Assembly: GCF_009914755.1 (NCBI RefSeq)
Contig: NC_060930.1
Strand: one strand, 5' to 3'
From: the human T2T-CHM13v2.0 reference genome, Homo sapiens
DNA length: 64,000 nt
The notes beneath the pieces were generated by a model. That model searched no databases. It worked only from the letters and a program-made list of their open reading frames with translations, and was not told where the DNA came from. Shown here piece by piece: positions 1-13,749 of the stretch. The translations under genes were made by a program, and so were the position numbers. How positions within the stretch are numbered: the first letter of the stretch is position 1; each line of letters starts with the position of its first letter.

Positions 1-1085
<1,085 letters not shown>

Positions 1086-2169
1086 GTCATATAATTTATA
1101 TTTAGTAAAATTTTATATAAAACAATATCTTGTAAGCCAAATAGATGAGGAATATTAAGATGAACATTACAAAAATGTATGCTCTTATATGAAGAAGTTA
1201 AACTCAGAAATTTTCTGTGTTGAGAAAAAGATCCAAAAAAATTCATCTATTAATTCTAGTGGGAGGCACCTGACAATATTTCTCTTTGCTGAAACATGTG
1301 CCAGTACAATATTCAAAGTATTTATCTCCAAGCACAGTGGCTCTGTTTACTGCTCTGAGTTAGGCAGCATTCACATGGCTGTGTTAGCATCTGGGAACTA
1401 GAGAAGGCATGAAGATAGATAAAGGGAAAGTCAAGTAGTGGAGCACGAATACACACAAGCTGGAAGCAAAAACAACCATCTAAGCTGCTGAACGGAAATT
1501 AAGTAATCCATTTTTAAAATCCTCAATGAACTTGTTTGTTTCTCAAAATCTTTGACTTTTTTAAACAGATGCATACAACAAAAATGTAAATAATGAGAAA
1601 ATGAAGGTACAACGCATTTGAAAACTGGTTATAATTGGAAGTGAATAAAATGATGTTTGTGTATGTCTGTGCCCTATAGAAATTAATATGTCCTCTCAAA
1701 AATCAAACTGCTCTACAAGTTTATAGTAAACACATATTTTTGGGACTAGGATACTTTAAATTGTTTTGAGAGCAGTAGGGAACTGTAATCTTTATTGCCC
1801 TGTAGAACACTTTTGCTCATATTAAAATGCTAACAGTTTCTAAGACGGCCTTCACTCAGTAAAAATCAAAGCAGGAAATGTAACTAAATGAGTTCTCAAT
1901 CTACTTTGACATCACACATTACACATTTTAATTGTAAAAGATTTGGATAAAATAATAAAATATAAATAGCTTGAGGCTGTTTTGTATCTGCACTTACTTT
2001 CAAAGTTGTATGTAAAAAAAAAATTAAGTACTTGGTAAGTAACCTCATTCTCTTAAACACCATATACAGAAACACTGGCAAATTACAGCAATAATATACT
2101 ATTATGGCTAGTAGAAATAAAATACTTCATAGAGTACATAGAATTCTAGGTTTATATTCAATATGGTTG

Positions 2170-2596
2170 TGTGAACAAACGTTCTCTGAAAAGGAATTTG
2201 GAAGAAAGACTTTATTCCTGTGAGCAGCTTACAAACTGGTTATATGCAGCCTTTCGTGTATACTAAAGGTTTGTCTCAGAGAAAAAATGAGACTTGTACC
2301 CTATCAAGTTCATTTATGCAAATAAATATTCAAATCTGCGAAGTTCTGATTGGTTGGTAGAGCTGAGTCCTGATTGGCCTAGGCAGGCCATTGAAGCCCT
2401 GATTGACCATTGGCTCTTACTGGTTTGTTAAAGCAAGAACTGAGAATCCTAAACCGAGGTGTGTGTTCTGAGAATTTGGAGTATGCCTGTGACCTTTAGT
2501 CAGGAAATGGCTGCTTGACTGTATTTTAAATTTAGACCCAGTTAGCTACTGACGATCCACCTTGAAGAGTGGAATTTTCAGGTTCATTTGTTCACA
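2170..2596 (-). mobile_element. ERV1-class LTR, 3' LTR of a minus-strand provirus (tentatively LTR56-like)
   Basis: Perfect 10-bp terminal inverted repeat TGTGAACAAA...TTTGTTCACA; minus-strand CCAAT boxes (tgattgg) and AATAAA near its 3' end; purine tract (minus GGTGGGGAAA, 2597-2606) abuts it. Family name is from memory. Confidence 0.75.
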
Positions 2597-3089
2597 TTTC
2601 CCCACCGTTTATTAAAAAAGGTTATCAGACAGAATTGGTGGTCAAATAAGTTGGCTGCATCCAACATGATATCAGAGTGGGTGACAACATGCTTGGGTTT
2701 CATCTCATCTCTCACAGAGATTCCTGTGTCAGGGCAGTGGTCAATTCACCAACTAGTAATTTTCCCACCAGAGGCACTAAGGTACCTTTTAAATTCGAAA
2801 AGTCTCTTAGGTTAAGGTGCTTCTGGTTTCTGTCTGAAGTAAGTTTAAAGTCTCAAGGTATTGGTTCAGCATGATCCTAACAGGATCCTGATAGGATCAT
2901 GCTGGTAGGTTTTTTCTGAGGAACATTACGACTTGTAAGACAGAATGCAGAAGGAGTCCTATACCAGGGAAAAACAGCTGAAAATATCTGGAAATTGAAA
3001 ATTTAGTCCAGTAAGCCCAGCAAGGAGACTTTCTAAAGATGACCATTTCAGAGATTTGGCCCCCTTAGGATCTTAGATGTTTCTAATTA

Positions 3090-3510
<421 letters not shown>

Positions 3511-6500
3511 TAAGTAACCGAATCTTAGGATCTCTCTTGTGTCCTGATGGCTCAGGAAGTAGAATAGGCAAATATGGTAATAGTGTAGGAACGTTTTCTG
3601 ATTATGTATTAATTCCAAGTAGGACAAAGTCCAAATCAGGATTACAGAAATCTTCCTAATCTATTTCCTTCACTTGGGTTAACCCTGCCATGATAATCAC
3701 ATTGTTGGAAGTGTCCACAACTATCACATTTATAATCTGAGGGGTTATTGTTGATGTTGGATGGTGCCCAAAGACTCTCAGGAAGATTTTGGAAAGAAAA
3801 GTAGTTAATGTTGGTGAGGTAATTGAGTAGATGTAAATTTGGGTAAAAGCTACTTCTGTGGTAAAATCTCCTGAGGATAACTCAAGCATTATTTCGTTTT
3901 TAGGGGAGAAGAAAATATGGGTTTGGTAGATTTATAAGAATTCCCTTCCAGTAGGTATATGAGAGACTTTAGGACAAATAAAAGGCAGTGTCTTTCAGTA
4001 ACGGGCCCCAGTTGAAAGGGAATAAATAGTGATTTAGGAACTATCATAGGTTGGTTGGCTACACAGACAATACAGATAAATTCAGAACTCCAGGGAAAAG
4101 ATATAAAACATTGAATTCCCCTAGTTGGTTAGTTTTAAGTAAGAAAAATGTCCCCTGAATGTGTCCAAAGCATCCCTAGTTTTGCTTAGGGGAAGAGAGC
4201 CAGGGGACTCTAGCAGGATGCAGTTATAGCCAAATATTGTGAGAAATTAGAGGAATTTAGGATCTCAGTCAGTCTACAGATAGATAACAAGAACCTGAAA
4301 ACAATGCACAAGACTACAACCTAACAACAGGTGTACTTTAGTTTCCTCTAGAAACATAACTTTTTCTCTCCACATTGATTATATAGGAATCTCAGAATTT
4401 AGAAAAAATGTTGAGTCTAGATAGCTAACCCAAGGCAGGCTTTATTTTTTACCTACAATCTTAAGTTTCTTGGGCCTGCCAGAAAGTGACAATTTCTACT
4501 TATTCAATGTAATGCTAGGAACTCTTTCAGCCAGGAATTTTATTCGTATTCTTACATATGACATTTCAGTCAAAACATTGACAATATAACCAATGTATCC
4601 AATTTTATCCTGCTTATAAAGAAAGAACAGATTTTTATTGAAATTATTTAAATAGAATAAGAATACTCAAGAATAATTTCTAAATTTTGGAGGAATCAAG
4701 TAAGAAGATAAAGCAAATGATTCCATAAAATAATTTAAAATAATAACTGTGAATGACAAACCCAGAAAATCTGATGAAAAATTATAATTATGAAGGAAAT
4801 TTAGCCACTTCTACTACCTGCAGTATTTTAATGTAACAAAAGTCAGCTGACACATAAGAACCATTAGACTTTTATAAATTTCACATAATGTTTAGAATAC
4901 TCACATTCATATATCCAAAATTATCACTAATAACCTGAATTCTTATGAAACTGGAACTTTGAAACATATTTTCATATTATACCTACAAATGTAATTGAGA
5001 AAGGATCTAGTATCACTTATCAATTAACAATGTTTTCTACACAATTTACCAAATAAGTTTAATTATTTAATATCTCCACAAGATGAAAGATATATTCTTT
5101 GATGTTCTCCAGGGGCCTAACTGGAAAATCCCAAAGTTAGTTTTAGGTTAGAAAGACTGTTTGAGATTCTTTTCTTGAGAAAGCCTGCCAAAAAGTGTGA
5201 AAACATTCAAAGCACTTGATTAAGAGAATCGCCGGTCACTGTAAAACGATTATTCATTTAACCAAAGTGATAATCAAGAGACTTCAAAAGGAATACAGAA
5301 AGTTATGTTTATGTAAGTGCCATGACCCTTTTGAAGCTCAGTTCTCCTAAGTAAGCAAAAACCTAATAAAGGCAACAGGAAGCACAAAAAATTATCTTGG
5401 TGAAACAGAATATTTGTTTTCTTGGTCAGTTACTATAAAGGAAAAACAAACAAACAAAACAAAACAAAAAACAAATAAACCTTCTGCTGCGTGATCAGTT
5501 CTCTTTACAGAAAGCCCATGTAGATGGCCTTAAAGTTAAAACTCATGAAAAAGATACTTGAATTTTATCAGATACAGAAAGAATATCCTTATAGGATTAT
5601 GATTAAAGAGGAATGTAAACAAGAAAATAACACCTTTAGCTGATGAGAATACATAGTTTTTATCAATAGCATAATAAATTTCTTGGTACAGGGAATAATT
5701 TAGACACATCAAGAAATGTCAGCAGTACAGAATCAAGTTTTACTGGAGGAAACATTGCCTTTCTCGACCTTCAAGATGAACATGTTAGCATTAAGCAATA
5801 AAAGCAGAGTTAGAATTGAAGAAAAAGTCACAGCAGCTAATGAAAAGGTTAAATGAGAGGGTTATCACACCAGCCAAGGAAAAATATACATAGGTCTTTT
5901 CAAGAATAGAAGGAAGGAGAGCTGCACTTTCAACCTGAAATTAGGAATATTAGATAGAAATCCGGAATAAATATGGCAGAAATAGAAACTGTTTTTACTG
6001 TACAGGATGATTGTGAAGACATTAGATTTCAGAATTAAAAATCAAACCTAATTTTACTAAGAGAAAATTAACATTTTAAGAAAAGCTTGATCCAACAGAG
6101 GAGACAATTTTTTTTAGTTCTGCATCAGTGCATTTCTCACATCAAAGCTCAATTCATAGACCCGTAAACAGTTTCTTTCCAATTATAGCTAACCTAATCA
6201 CATAGAAAATTCCTTTTATAAACTTTATTTACATAAACCTTATCATAACTTTCTTAGACCATGTACAACATACTTGAGTTTTTTACTTTTGTATTATAGA
6301 AGAGAAATTTACTGTACAAGATTCTTTCTCATACAAAATTATTCTGTTTACAAATTTTCTTACCAAAAATACATCTTACACTTGCATATAGAACTGTCTT
6401 TCAATCTCTAGTGATTTTAAGCCCACACAGTAATTACAATGTTAACTATTAGCAACCCTAATTTAATGGAAACCTAGAAAATAAGCAATTTGTAGCAACC

Positions 6501-8934
6501 AACCCTGTACTAGCAATCTATAAATTCCTATTTTACAATATCCAGAGACCTAGGCTTTCTGTCACACCAAATATTTAGCATGGAACAGGACTTTTTTTTT
6601 AAATAACAGATGCAAATAACATTTGTTTCTATGAAATAAGATGCCCAAGGTATATGAGCCTAACTCATATTCAGCAATGAGTGTCTTAGCATTGTATCTT
6701 ATCTCAAAATGATCTAGTCATTTGATGAATATCCATCCTTTAATTTAGCTTAGCAAAATTCTAAGAGTATAGTTACTAAAAAATGAAAAACCTCCCCAAG
6801 TAAACATGTTACAAAACAATCAATATCAAAAATTAATTTATATGCTTTCATCTCATTTATATCCTTTTAATCCATTCATTCTTAATAATTATGCCTGAGA
6901 AATTTCATGAGGCATCATCTAAAACTAGCCATCATCTCAAATTAAATTTTCTATTAACCATTTATTTTCATTTTACTGACGTTAGGCAAGAAACTTACAT
7001 ACATGCATGTTTTGTTGATAACCCAGAAGACACAGCCATTCCCATAAAACCAAAATTATACTATTCCCATCATCAAAAATTTAATGATTCGTGTGAACGT
7101 GAAAAGCATTTGGGATTATTTGCTTAATTCATGAGTCGTTTCCTTATAAGCCAATTTATTACCATAGACAGTATATGTATGTATATATGCAAATAAGATA
7201 GACATACAAACAGACAAAAATGAAAAGCTTATAGCTTTAATTTAAAAGCTTTGACAGTGAGTCAGGTAAAACTCATTAGTTTAGAAGAATAGTTGGATTC
7301 AAATTACATCTCTGTAAATGGAACAGGCTGAAATTTATTCCACATGGCTTAATCCCTTACCAAATTTTACAGAAAACAGAGCAGCAAATTTACATCTCAA
7401 AGCACAGAAAGAACTGAAGCTTCTTTAAGAAGCTGTTTGCTGGGTTAAAAGAGGATTAAAATGGATACCAAGGTAAAATACAGTTACAGAAATTTATCAC
7501 AGGATTTTACATGGAAACATACAAAGGATCCTAAAGAAAATTTAGAAACCTTTTCAAGATAACCACCTGAAAGAGTGAAGGAGGAATGGAGGAGTGATGA
7601 ATAAAAGCAGAGGTAGTGAAAGGGGTGCAAGAAGACAGGCAGGGCAGCAGGCGAGGAGATCTTAGTGGAAGTAGGGTCTTTTAAAGGTGATTTAACAGTT
7701 TAATTTTAGTCTCACAAGTACTAACTTAACTTCTCTTTTCCATTTTATTAAGCCATTCACCGAATTTGGAATTGTTTTCTCTAAGGCGGACAATGTTAGC
7801 TTCTTGATTCTATTTAGAATTTTTAAAGCATCAATGGAAAAATGGCTTCCAATTGTCTCTAAGGTGTTCACTATTTCTTTGTTTGAATTGTGCAGGCAGA
7901 TATGTAAGTTTTGGACTATCAAAGGAGCCCCATCTTGGCCAAAAAATGTGCAAGATTATCCTGGGTACATTTTGTTCACAGTCCCAGCCAATTGCCACTC
8001 CCTGAATCATAATTTTTACTCATAAAGCCACTTGAATGCCGGAATGTGGCTAATTATGAGGAAAAATATCTTAAAACATGGATTATCCATTGCACTGACC
8101 TGGCAAAAGTGTCCATTTCAGTGACATAGGTGTGATCATCCCAACAAAACCTTTTTCTGTGTATTACTATGCATTTACAGATTTTTGTGAATTTGATATG
8201 TTACATTAAATTGAGGCCATTTTCTTTTTGTTTCTCAAACTGTCTATGAAGAATGTTTAAAAGTTGACAATGAAACAACAAGAAATTTGATTAAATTGTG
8301 GACAAAATACTTGAATAGATATTTCCCCAAATAATGTGTACAAATAACCCTGAAATCATGAAAAAATGTTCCATATCATTAGTTAGTGAAAAATACAACT
8401 TAAAACCACAATGAACTATCAGTTGATACCCACCAGGAAGGCTATTGAAAAAATTTATTAAAAAAGAAAATAATGAATATTAATTAGGAGGTGAAGAAAT
8501 AAAAATGCTTACAGATTGCTGGTAAAAATCTAAAATGATTCATCTGCTGTGAAAAACAGTTTAGAAGTTCCTCAAGAAAGTTAAGTATAGAATTCCAATT
8601 ACTCTCCTAAATATACATTCAAACTAAGTGAAAACAGGTATTTAAACAATCACATACACATATGTTCATAAGCAGCATTAACCTCAAGAGCCAATAAGTA
8701 GAAATAACCCAAATGTCCATAAACAAATAAGTACATTTTGGAGACATTTTGGATAAATTTCAAATATAATGGAATATTAATCAACAAAAAGAGTGAAGTA
8801 TTGGCACTTCTAAAATGTTGACAAACTTTGAAACACTATGCTAAGTGAAAGAAGAAAGAAGCGAAACACAAAAAGACACACATTTTATGAGTTCATTTAT
8901 ATGAAATATTCAGAATAAATAAATCCAAAGCTAA

Positions 8935-9470
8935 AGAAAATGTGCTACATATGCACAATGAACTATTATTCAGCCATAAAAAACAAAATCCTGTCATTTT
9001 CAACAGCATAGATAAAAGTGAAGTAAGTCAGGCATACAAAGACAAATATCTCATCTTTTCATGAATAAAAACAAAACAAAACAAAACAGAAGAAAAACCT
9101 CACGGTGATAGAAAATAGAATGATGGTTACCAGAGGCTAGTAAGGGCAGTGGCTAGGAGGAGATAAAAAGGGGATGGTTGATGGGTACAAAAATGCAGTC
9201 AGATTGTAGGAAAAAAATTTAGTGTTCAGTAGTATAATAAGGCAACTATAGTTTACAATCATTTATTGTATATTTTGAAATAACTTACTGGAATTAGAAT
9301 GTTCCTAACACAAAAAAATGATGAATGCATGTGGTGATGAGTACAATTACCCTGATTTGATTACTACACATTGTATGCTTTTATGAAAATATCACATGGA
9401 CCCCATAAATATGTATAAATATTATGAATCAATATTTAAAAGTATATAATAAATAAAAAATAAAAACACA
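8935..9470 (+). mobile_element. L1MA-like 3' end fragment
   Basis: 'aaaatgtgctacatatgcacaatgaactattattcagccataaaa...gatggttaccagaggc...atatcacatggaccccataaatatgtat' followed by an A-rich tail. Confidence 0.7.
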
Positions 9471-9609
9471 TCTTATTTTAAAAATTAGCACTCATAAAAA
9501 CAATGTAAAATGTAAAATATTCATAATTATGTTAATTGCATGTTGAATATTTTGGATATATTAGATTAAGTCAAATATATTATCCAAAATTTTAAATGAA
9601 TAAACTAAC

Positions 9610-9966
9610 TGTATTAATTCATTCTTATATTGCTACAAAGGTATGACCCGAGACTGGTAATTTATAAAAAAAGAGGTTTAAGCAACTCAGATTCCGCATG
9701 GCTAGGGAGGCCTCAGGAAACTTACCATCACGGCGGAATGCAAAGAGAAAGCAAGGTACATCTTAGGCAGCAGCGAGAGAGAGAGTGCAAGGGAAACTGT
9801 CACTTTTAAACATCAGATTTCGTGAGAACTTCCTCACTATCCCAAGAACAGCATGGGAGAAGCCTCCCCCATGATCCAATCATCTCCCACCAGGACCCTT
9901 TCTGTACACATGGGGATTACAGTTTGAGATGAGATTTGGATGGGGGCACAGAGCCAAATCATATCA
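9610..9966 (-). mobile_element. THE1-type (MaLR) solo LTR
   Basis: 'tgtattaattcattctt...gagactggtaatttata...gaggcctcaggaaacttac...gagatttggatgggggcacagagccaaatcatatca'; TG...CA ends; 357 bp. Confidence 0.88.
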
Positions 9967-10069
9967 TTAAATCAATCAATCAGTGAATCCATAGATGCTT
10001 AATGCAAATTGTTTTTTACCACTGAGGAAAGAGGTGAATGGGGAGAAACTAATAGGAAAGAGATTTTTC

Positions 10070-13000
10070 TTTGTTTTTTTTTAATCTTTTATTTATTTTT
10101 ATTTAATTATTTTCAATAATTGTAAATAATAATTATTATTTTTTGTGCCCATTAACATTCACTGTTTATCTCCCTCTCACCAGTAGCCTTCCCAGCCTCT
10201 GATAACCATTACTCTTCTCTCCATCTCCATGAGTTCAATATTTTTTTGAGCCTTTACATATTAGTGAGAACATGTGTTATATGTCTTTCTGTGCATGTTT
10301 TATTTCACTTAACCATAATGTCCTCTGGTTTAATTTATGTTGTCACCAATAATAAAATTTTATTTTTTCATGGCTTAATAATATTATTTTGTATATTATG
10401 CATATATATATCACATTATCTTTTACTTTTTTAAAATTTTACTTTAAGTTCTGGATTAAATGTGCAGAATGTGCAGGTTTGTTGCATAGGTATACATGTG
10501 CCATGGTGGTTTGCTGTACCTATCAACCCATCATCTAGGTTTTAGCATCCACGTGCATTAGGCATTTGTCCTAATGCTCTCCCTCCCCTTGGCCCTCACC
10601 TCCTGACAGGCTTTAGTGTGTATTGTTCCCCTCCCTGTGTCCATGTGTTCTCATTGTTCAACCCCCACTTATGAGTGAGAACATGAAGTGTTTGTTTTTC
10701 TGTTCTTGTGTTAGTTTACTGAAAATGATGGCTTCTAGCTTCATCCATGTGCTTGCAAAGGACATGACCTTATTCTTTTTTATGGCTTCATAGTATTCCA
10801 TTATGTATATGTGCCACATTTTCTTTATCCAGTCTATCATTGATGGGCATTTTGGTTGGTTCCAAGTCTTTGCTATTGTAAATAGTGCTGTAATAAACAT
10901 ATATGTGCATGTGTCTTTACAGTAGAATGATTTATATTCCTTTGGATATATACCCAATAATGGGATTGCTAGGTCAAATGGTATTTCTGGTTCTAGATCC
11001 TTGAGGAATTGCCACATGGTCTTCCACAATGATTGAACTAATTTAATCCCTACCAACAGTGTAAGTGTTCCTATTTCTCCACAGCCTCGCTAGTATCTAT
11101 TGTTTCCTGACTTTTTAATAATCGCCATTCTGACTGGCATGAGATAGTATCTCATTGTGGTTTTAATTTGCATTTTTCTAATGATCAGTGATGATGAGCT
11201 TTTTTTCATATGTTTTTTGGCCACATCAGTGTCTTCCTTTGAGACGTGTCTGTTCATATCCTTTGCCGACATTTTGATGGAGTTGTTTTATTCTTATAAA
11301 TTTGTTTAAGTTCCCTTTATATTCTGGATATTAGACCTTTGTCAGATGGGTAGACTGCAAAATTTTTCTCCCATTCTATAGATTGTCTGTTTACTCTGAT
11401 GCTAGTTTCTTTTGCTGTGAAGAAGCTCTTTAGTTTAGATTCCATCCTTTGATAAATTTCAACATCCCCTCATGTTAAAACCTCTCAGTAAACTAGGTAA
11501 TGATGGAACATACCTCAAAATAATAAGAGCTATTTATGACAAACCCATAGCTAATATCATACTGAATGGCCAAAAGCTGGAACTATTCCCTTTGAAAACC
11601 GGCACAAGACAAGGATGCCTACTCTCACCACTCCTATTCAACATAGTATCAGAAGTCCTGGCCAGGATGTTCAGGCAAGAGAAAGAAATAAAGCGTATTC
11701 AAATAGGAAGAATGGAAATTAAATTGTCTGTTTGCAGATGACATGATTGTCTATTTAGAAAACCTCATCGTCTTAGCACAAAAACTCCTAAGCTGATAAG
11801 CAGCTTCAGCAAAGTCTCAGGATACAAAATCAATGTGCAAAAATCACAGGCATTCCTATTCATCAACATTAGACAAGTAGAGAGCCAAATTATAAATGAA
11901 CTCCCATTCACAACTGCTACAAAGAGAATAAAATACCTAGAAATACAACTTACAAGGGACGTGAAGGACTTCTTCAAGAACTACAAATCATTGCTTTGTA
12001 GAGAGGACACAAACAAATGGAAAAACATTCCATGCTCATGGATAGGAAGAAACAAAGTTATGAAAATGCTATACTGCCCAAAGTAATTTATAGATTCAAT
12101 GCTATTCCCATAAAGCTACCATTGACTTTCTTCACAAAATTAGGGAAAAAAAAAACTACTTTAAATTTCATGTGGAACCAAGAAAGAGCCTGTATAGCCA
12201 AGACAATCCTAATCAAAAAAACAAAATTGGAGGCATGCTACCTGACTTCAAACTATGCTACAAGGCTGTAGTAACCCAAACAGCACGGTACTGGCACCAA
12301 AACAGATATACAGTCCAATGGAACTGAACAGAGACCTCAGAAATAACACCACACATCTACAATCATCTGATTTTTGACAAACCTGACAAAAACATCCAAT
12401 GGGGAAAGGATTCCCTGTTTAATAAATAGTGCTGGGAAACTGGCTAGCCACATGCAGAAAGCTGAAACTGGACCCCTTCCTTACACGTTATACAAAAATT
12501 AAATCAGGATGGATTAAAGACTTAACTTATAAAACTCAAAACCATAAGAACACTAGAAGAAAACCTAGGCAATACCATTCAGTACATAGGCATGGCCAAA
12601 CACTTCATGACTAAAACACCAAAAGCAATATATACTACATTTTCTTTATCCATATCTATTGATGGACACAGGTTGATTCCATATATTGGCTAGTGTGAAT
12701 AGTGTTGCAATAAACATAGGAGTTCAGATAGCTCTTTTATGTATCTATTTCCTTTTTAATTATATTTTATGTTATTTTATATTTTTTGGTTTTTGGATAA
12801 ATACACAGGAGTGGGAGTGCTGGATCATATGGTAGTTCTATGTTTAGTTTTTTGAGGCACCTCCGTACTGTTTTCCATAGTGACTTCTCTAATTTTTATT
12901 CCCATTAACACTGTGCAAGTGTTCTCCCTCCACACCCTTAGAAGCATTCATAATTGCTTGTCTTTTGGATAAAAGCCACTTTAACTAGGTAAGATGATAT

Positions 13001-13535
13001 GGTCATTTTGAATTGCACTTTTCAGATGATTAGTGATTTAAACACTTTTTCATATGCCTTTTGGTTATTTATAAGAATTCTTTTGAGAAATGTCTACTCA
13101 GATCTTTTGCTCATTTTTAATTGAATTGCTATTATTATTTCTATTGAGTAATTTTAGCTCCTTATATATTCTAGTTATTAATCTTTTGTCAGATGGGTTG
13201 TTTGCAATATTTTTCTAATTCTGTAGGTTGTCTCTTCACTTTATTGTCTCCTTTGCTGTTTAGAAGCTTTTTAGCTTGATGTGATCCAATTTGTGTACTT
13301 CAGCTTTGGTTGCCTGTGCCTTTGCGGTCTTACTCAGGAAATCTTTGCTCAGACCAATGTCCTGGAGTGTTTGTCAGTGTTTCCTTCTAGTAGTTTCAGA
13401 ATTTCAGTTCTTAGAATTTAAGTCTTTAATGTATTTTGTTTTAATGTTTGTATATTGTGAGAGATAAGGGTCTAGTTTCACTCTTCTGCATGTAGATATC
13501 CAGTTTTCTCAGCACCATTTATTAAAGAGATTGTC
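10070..13535 (-). mobile_element. L1MA-like 3' portion, interrupted at ~10424-12627 by a younger L1
   Basis: Antisense L1MA 3'UTR ('cccagcctctgataaccattactc...ctccatgagttcaat') resumes in register at ~12630 and runs into antisense ORF2 ('gatatccagttttctcagcaccatttattaaagag'). Confidence 0.75.
10424..12627 (-). mobile_element. 5'-inverted (twin-primed) L1PA8-PA10-like element: 3' part on minus (10424-~11445), inverted ORF2 part on plus (~11446-12627)
   Basis: ORF2 C-terminal ORFs on minus (10658-11272) and RT-region ORFs on plus (11472-12614); degenerate ~20-bp TSD at 10404-10423 and 12628-12647. Confidence 0.85.
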
Positions 13536-13749
13536 CTATCAAATAGTTTTACTTTGAAGTGATGGAAATGTTTTGGCAATTAGTAGAGGTGGTGGTACCA
13601 TAATATTGTGGATATAATAAGTGGCACTGCATTTTTACTTCAAAATAGTTAATTTTGTATTATGTTTTATAGCAATAAATTATATTTTTTAAAAAAGAAT
13701 TGTCTGAAAATTTTAAAGATCCTCTCTCTTTGTGAAAACATGTAAGCAT

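Larger units (their letters stand above)
8270..13690 (+). mobile_element. Old L1MB-like 3' end in three pieces (~8270-8930, ~9980-10065, ~13540-13690), split by nested insertions
   Basis: Degenerate ORF2 end and 3'UTR motifs ('aaaaccacaatgaactatc', 'actatgctaagtgaaagaag', 'gatggaaatgttttgg...tagaggtggtgg', 'caaaatagttaattttgtattatg'). Confidence 0.6.
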
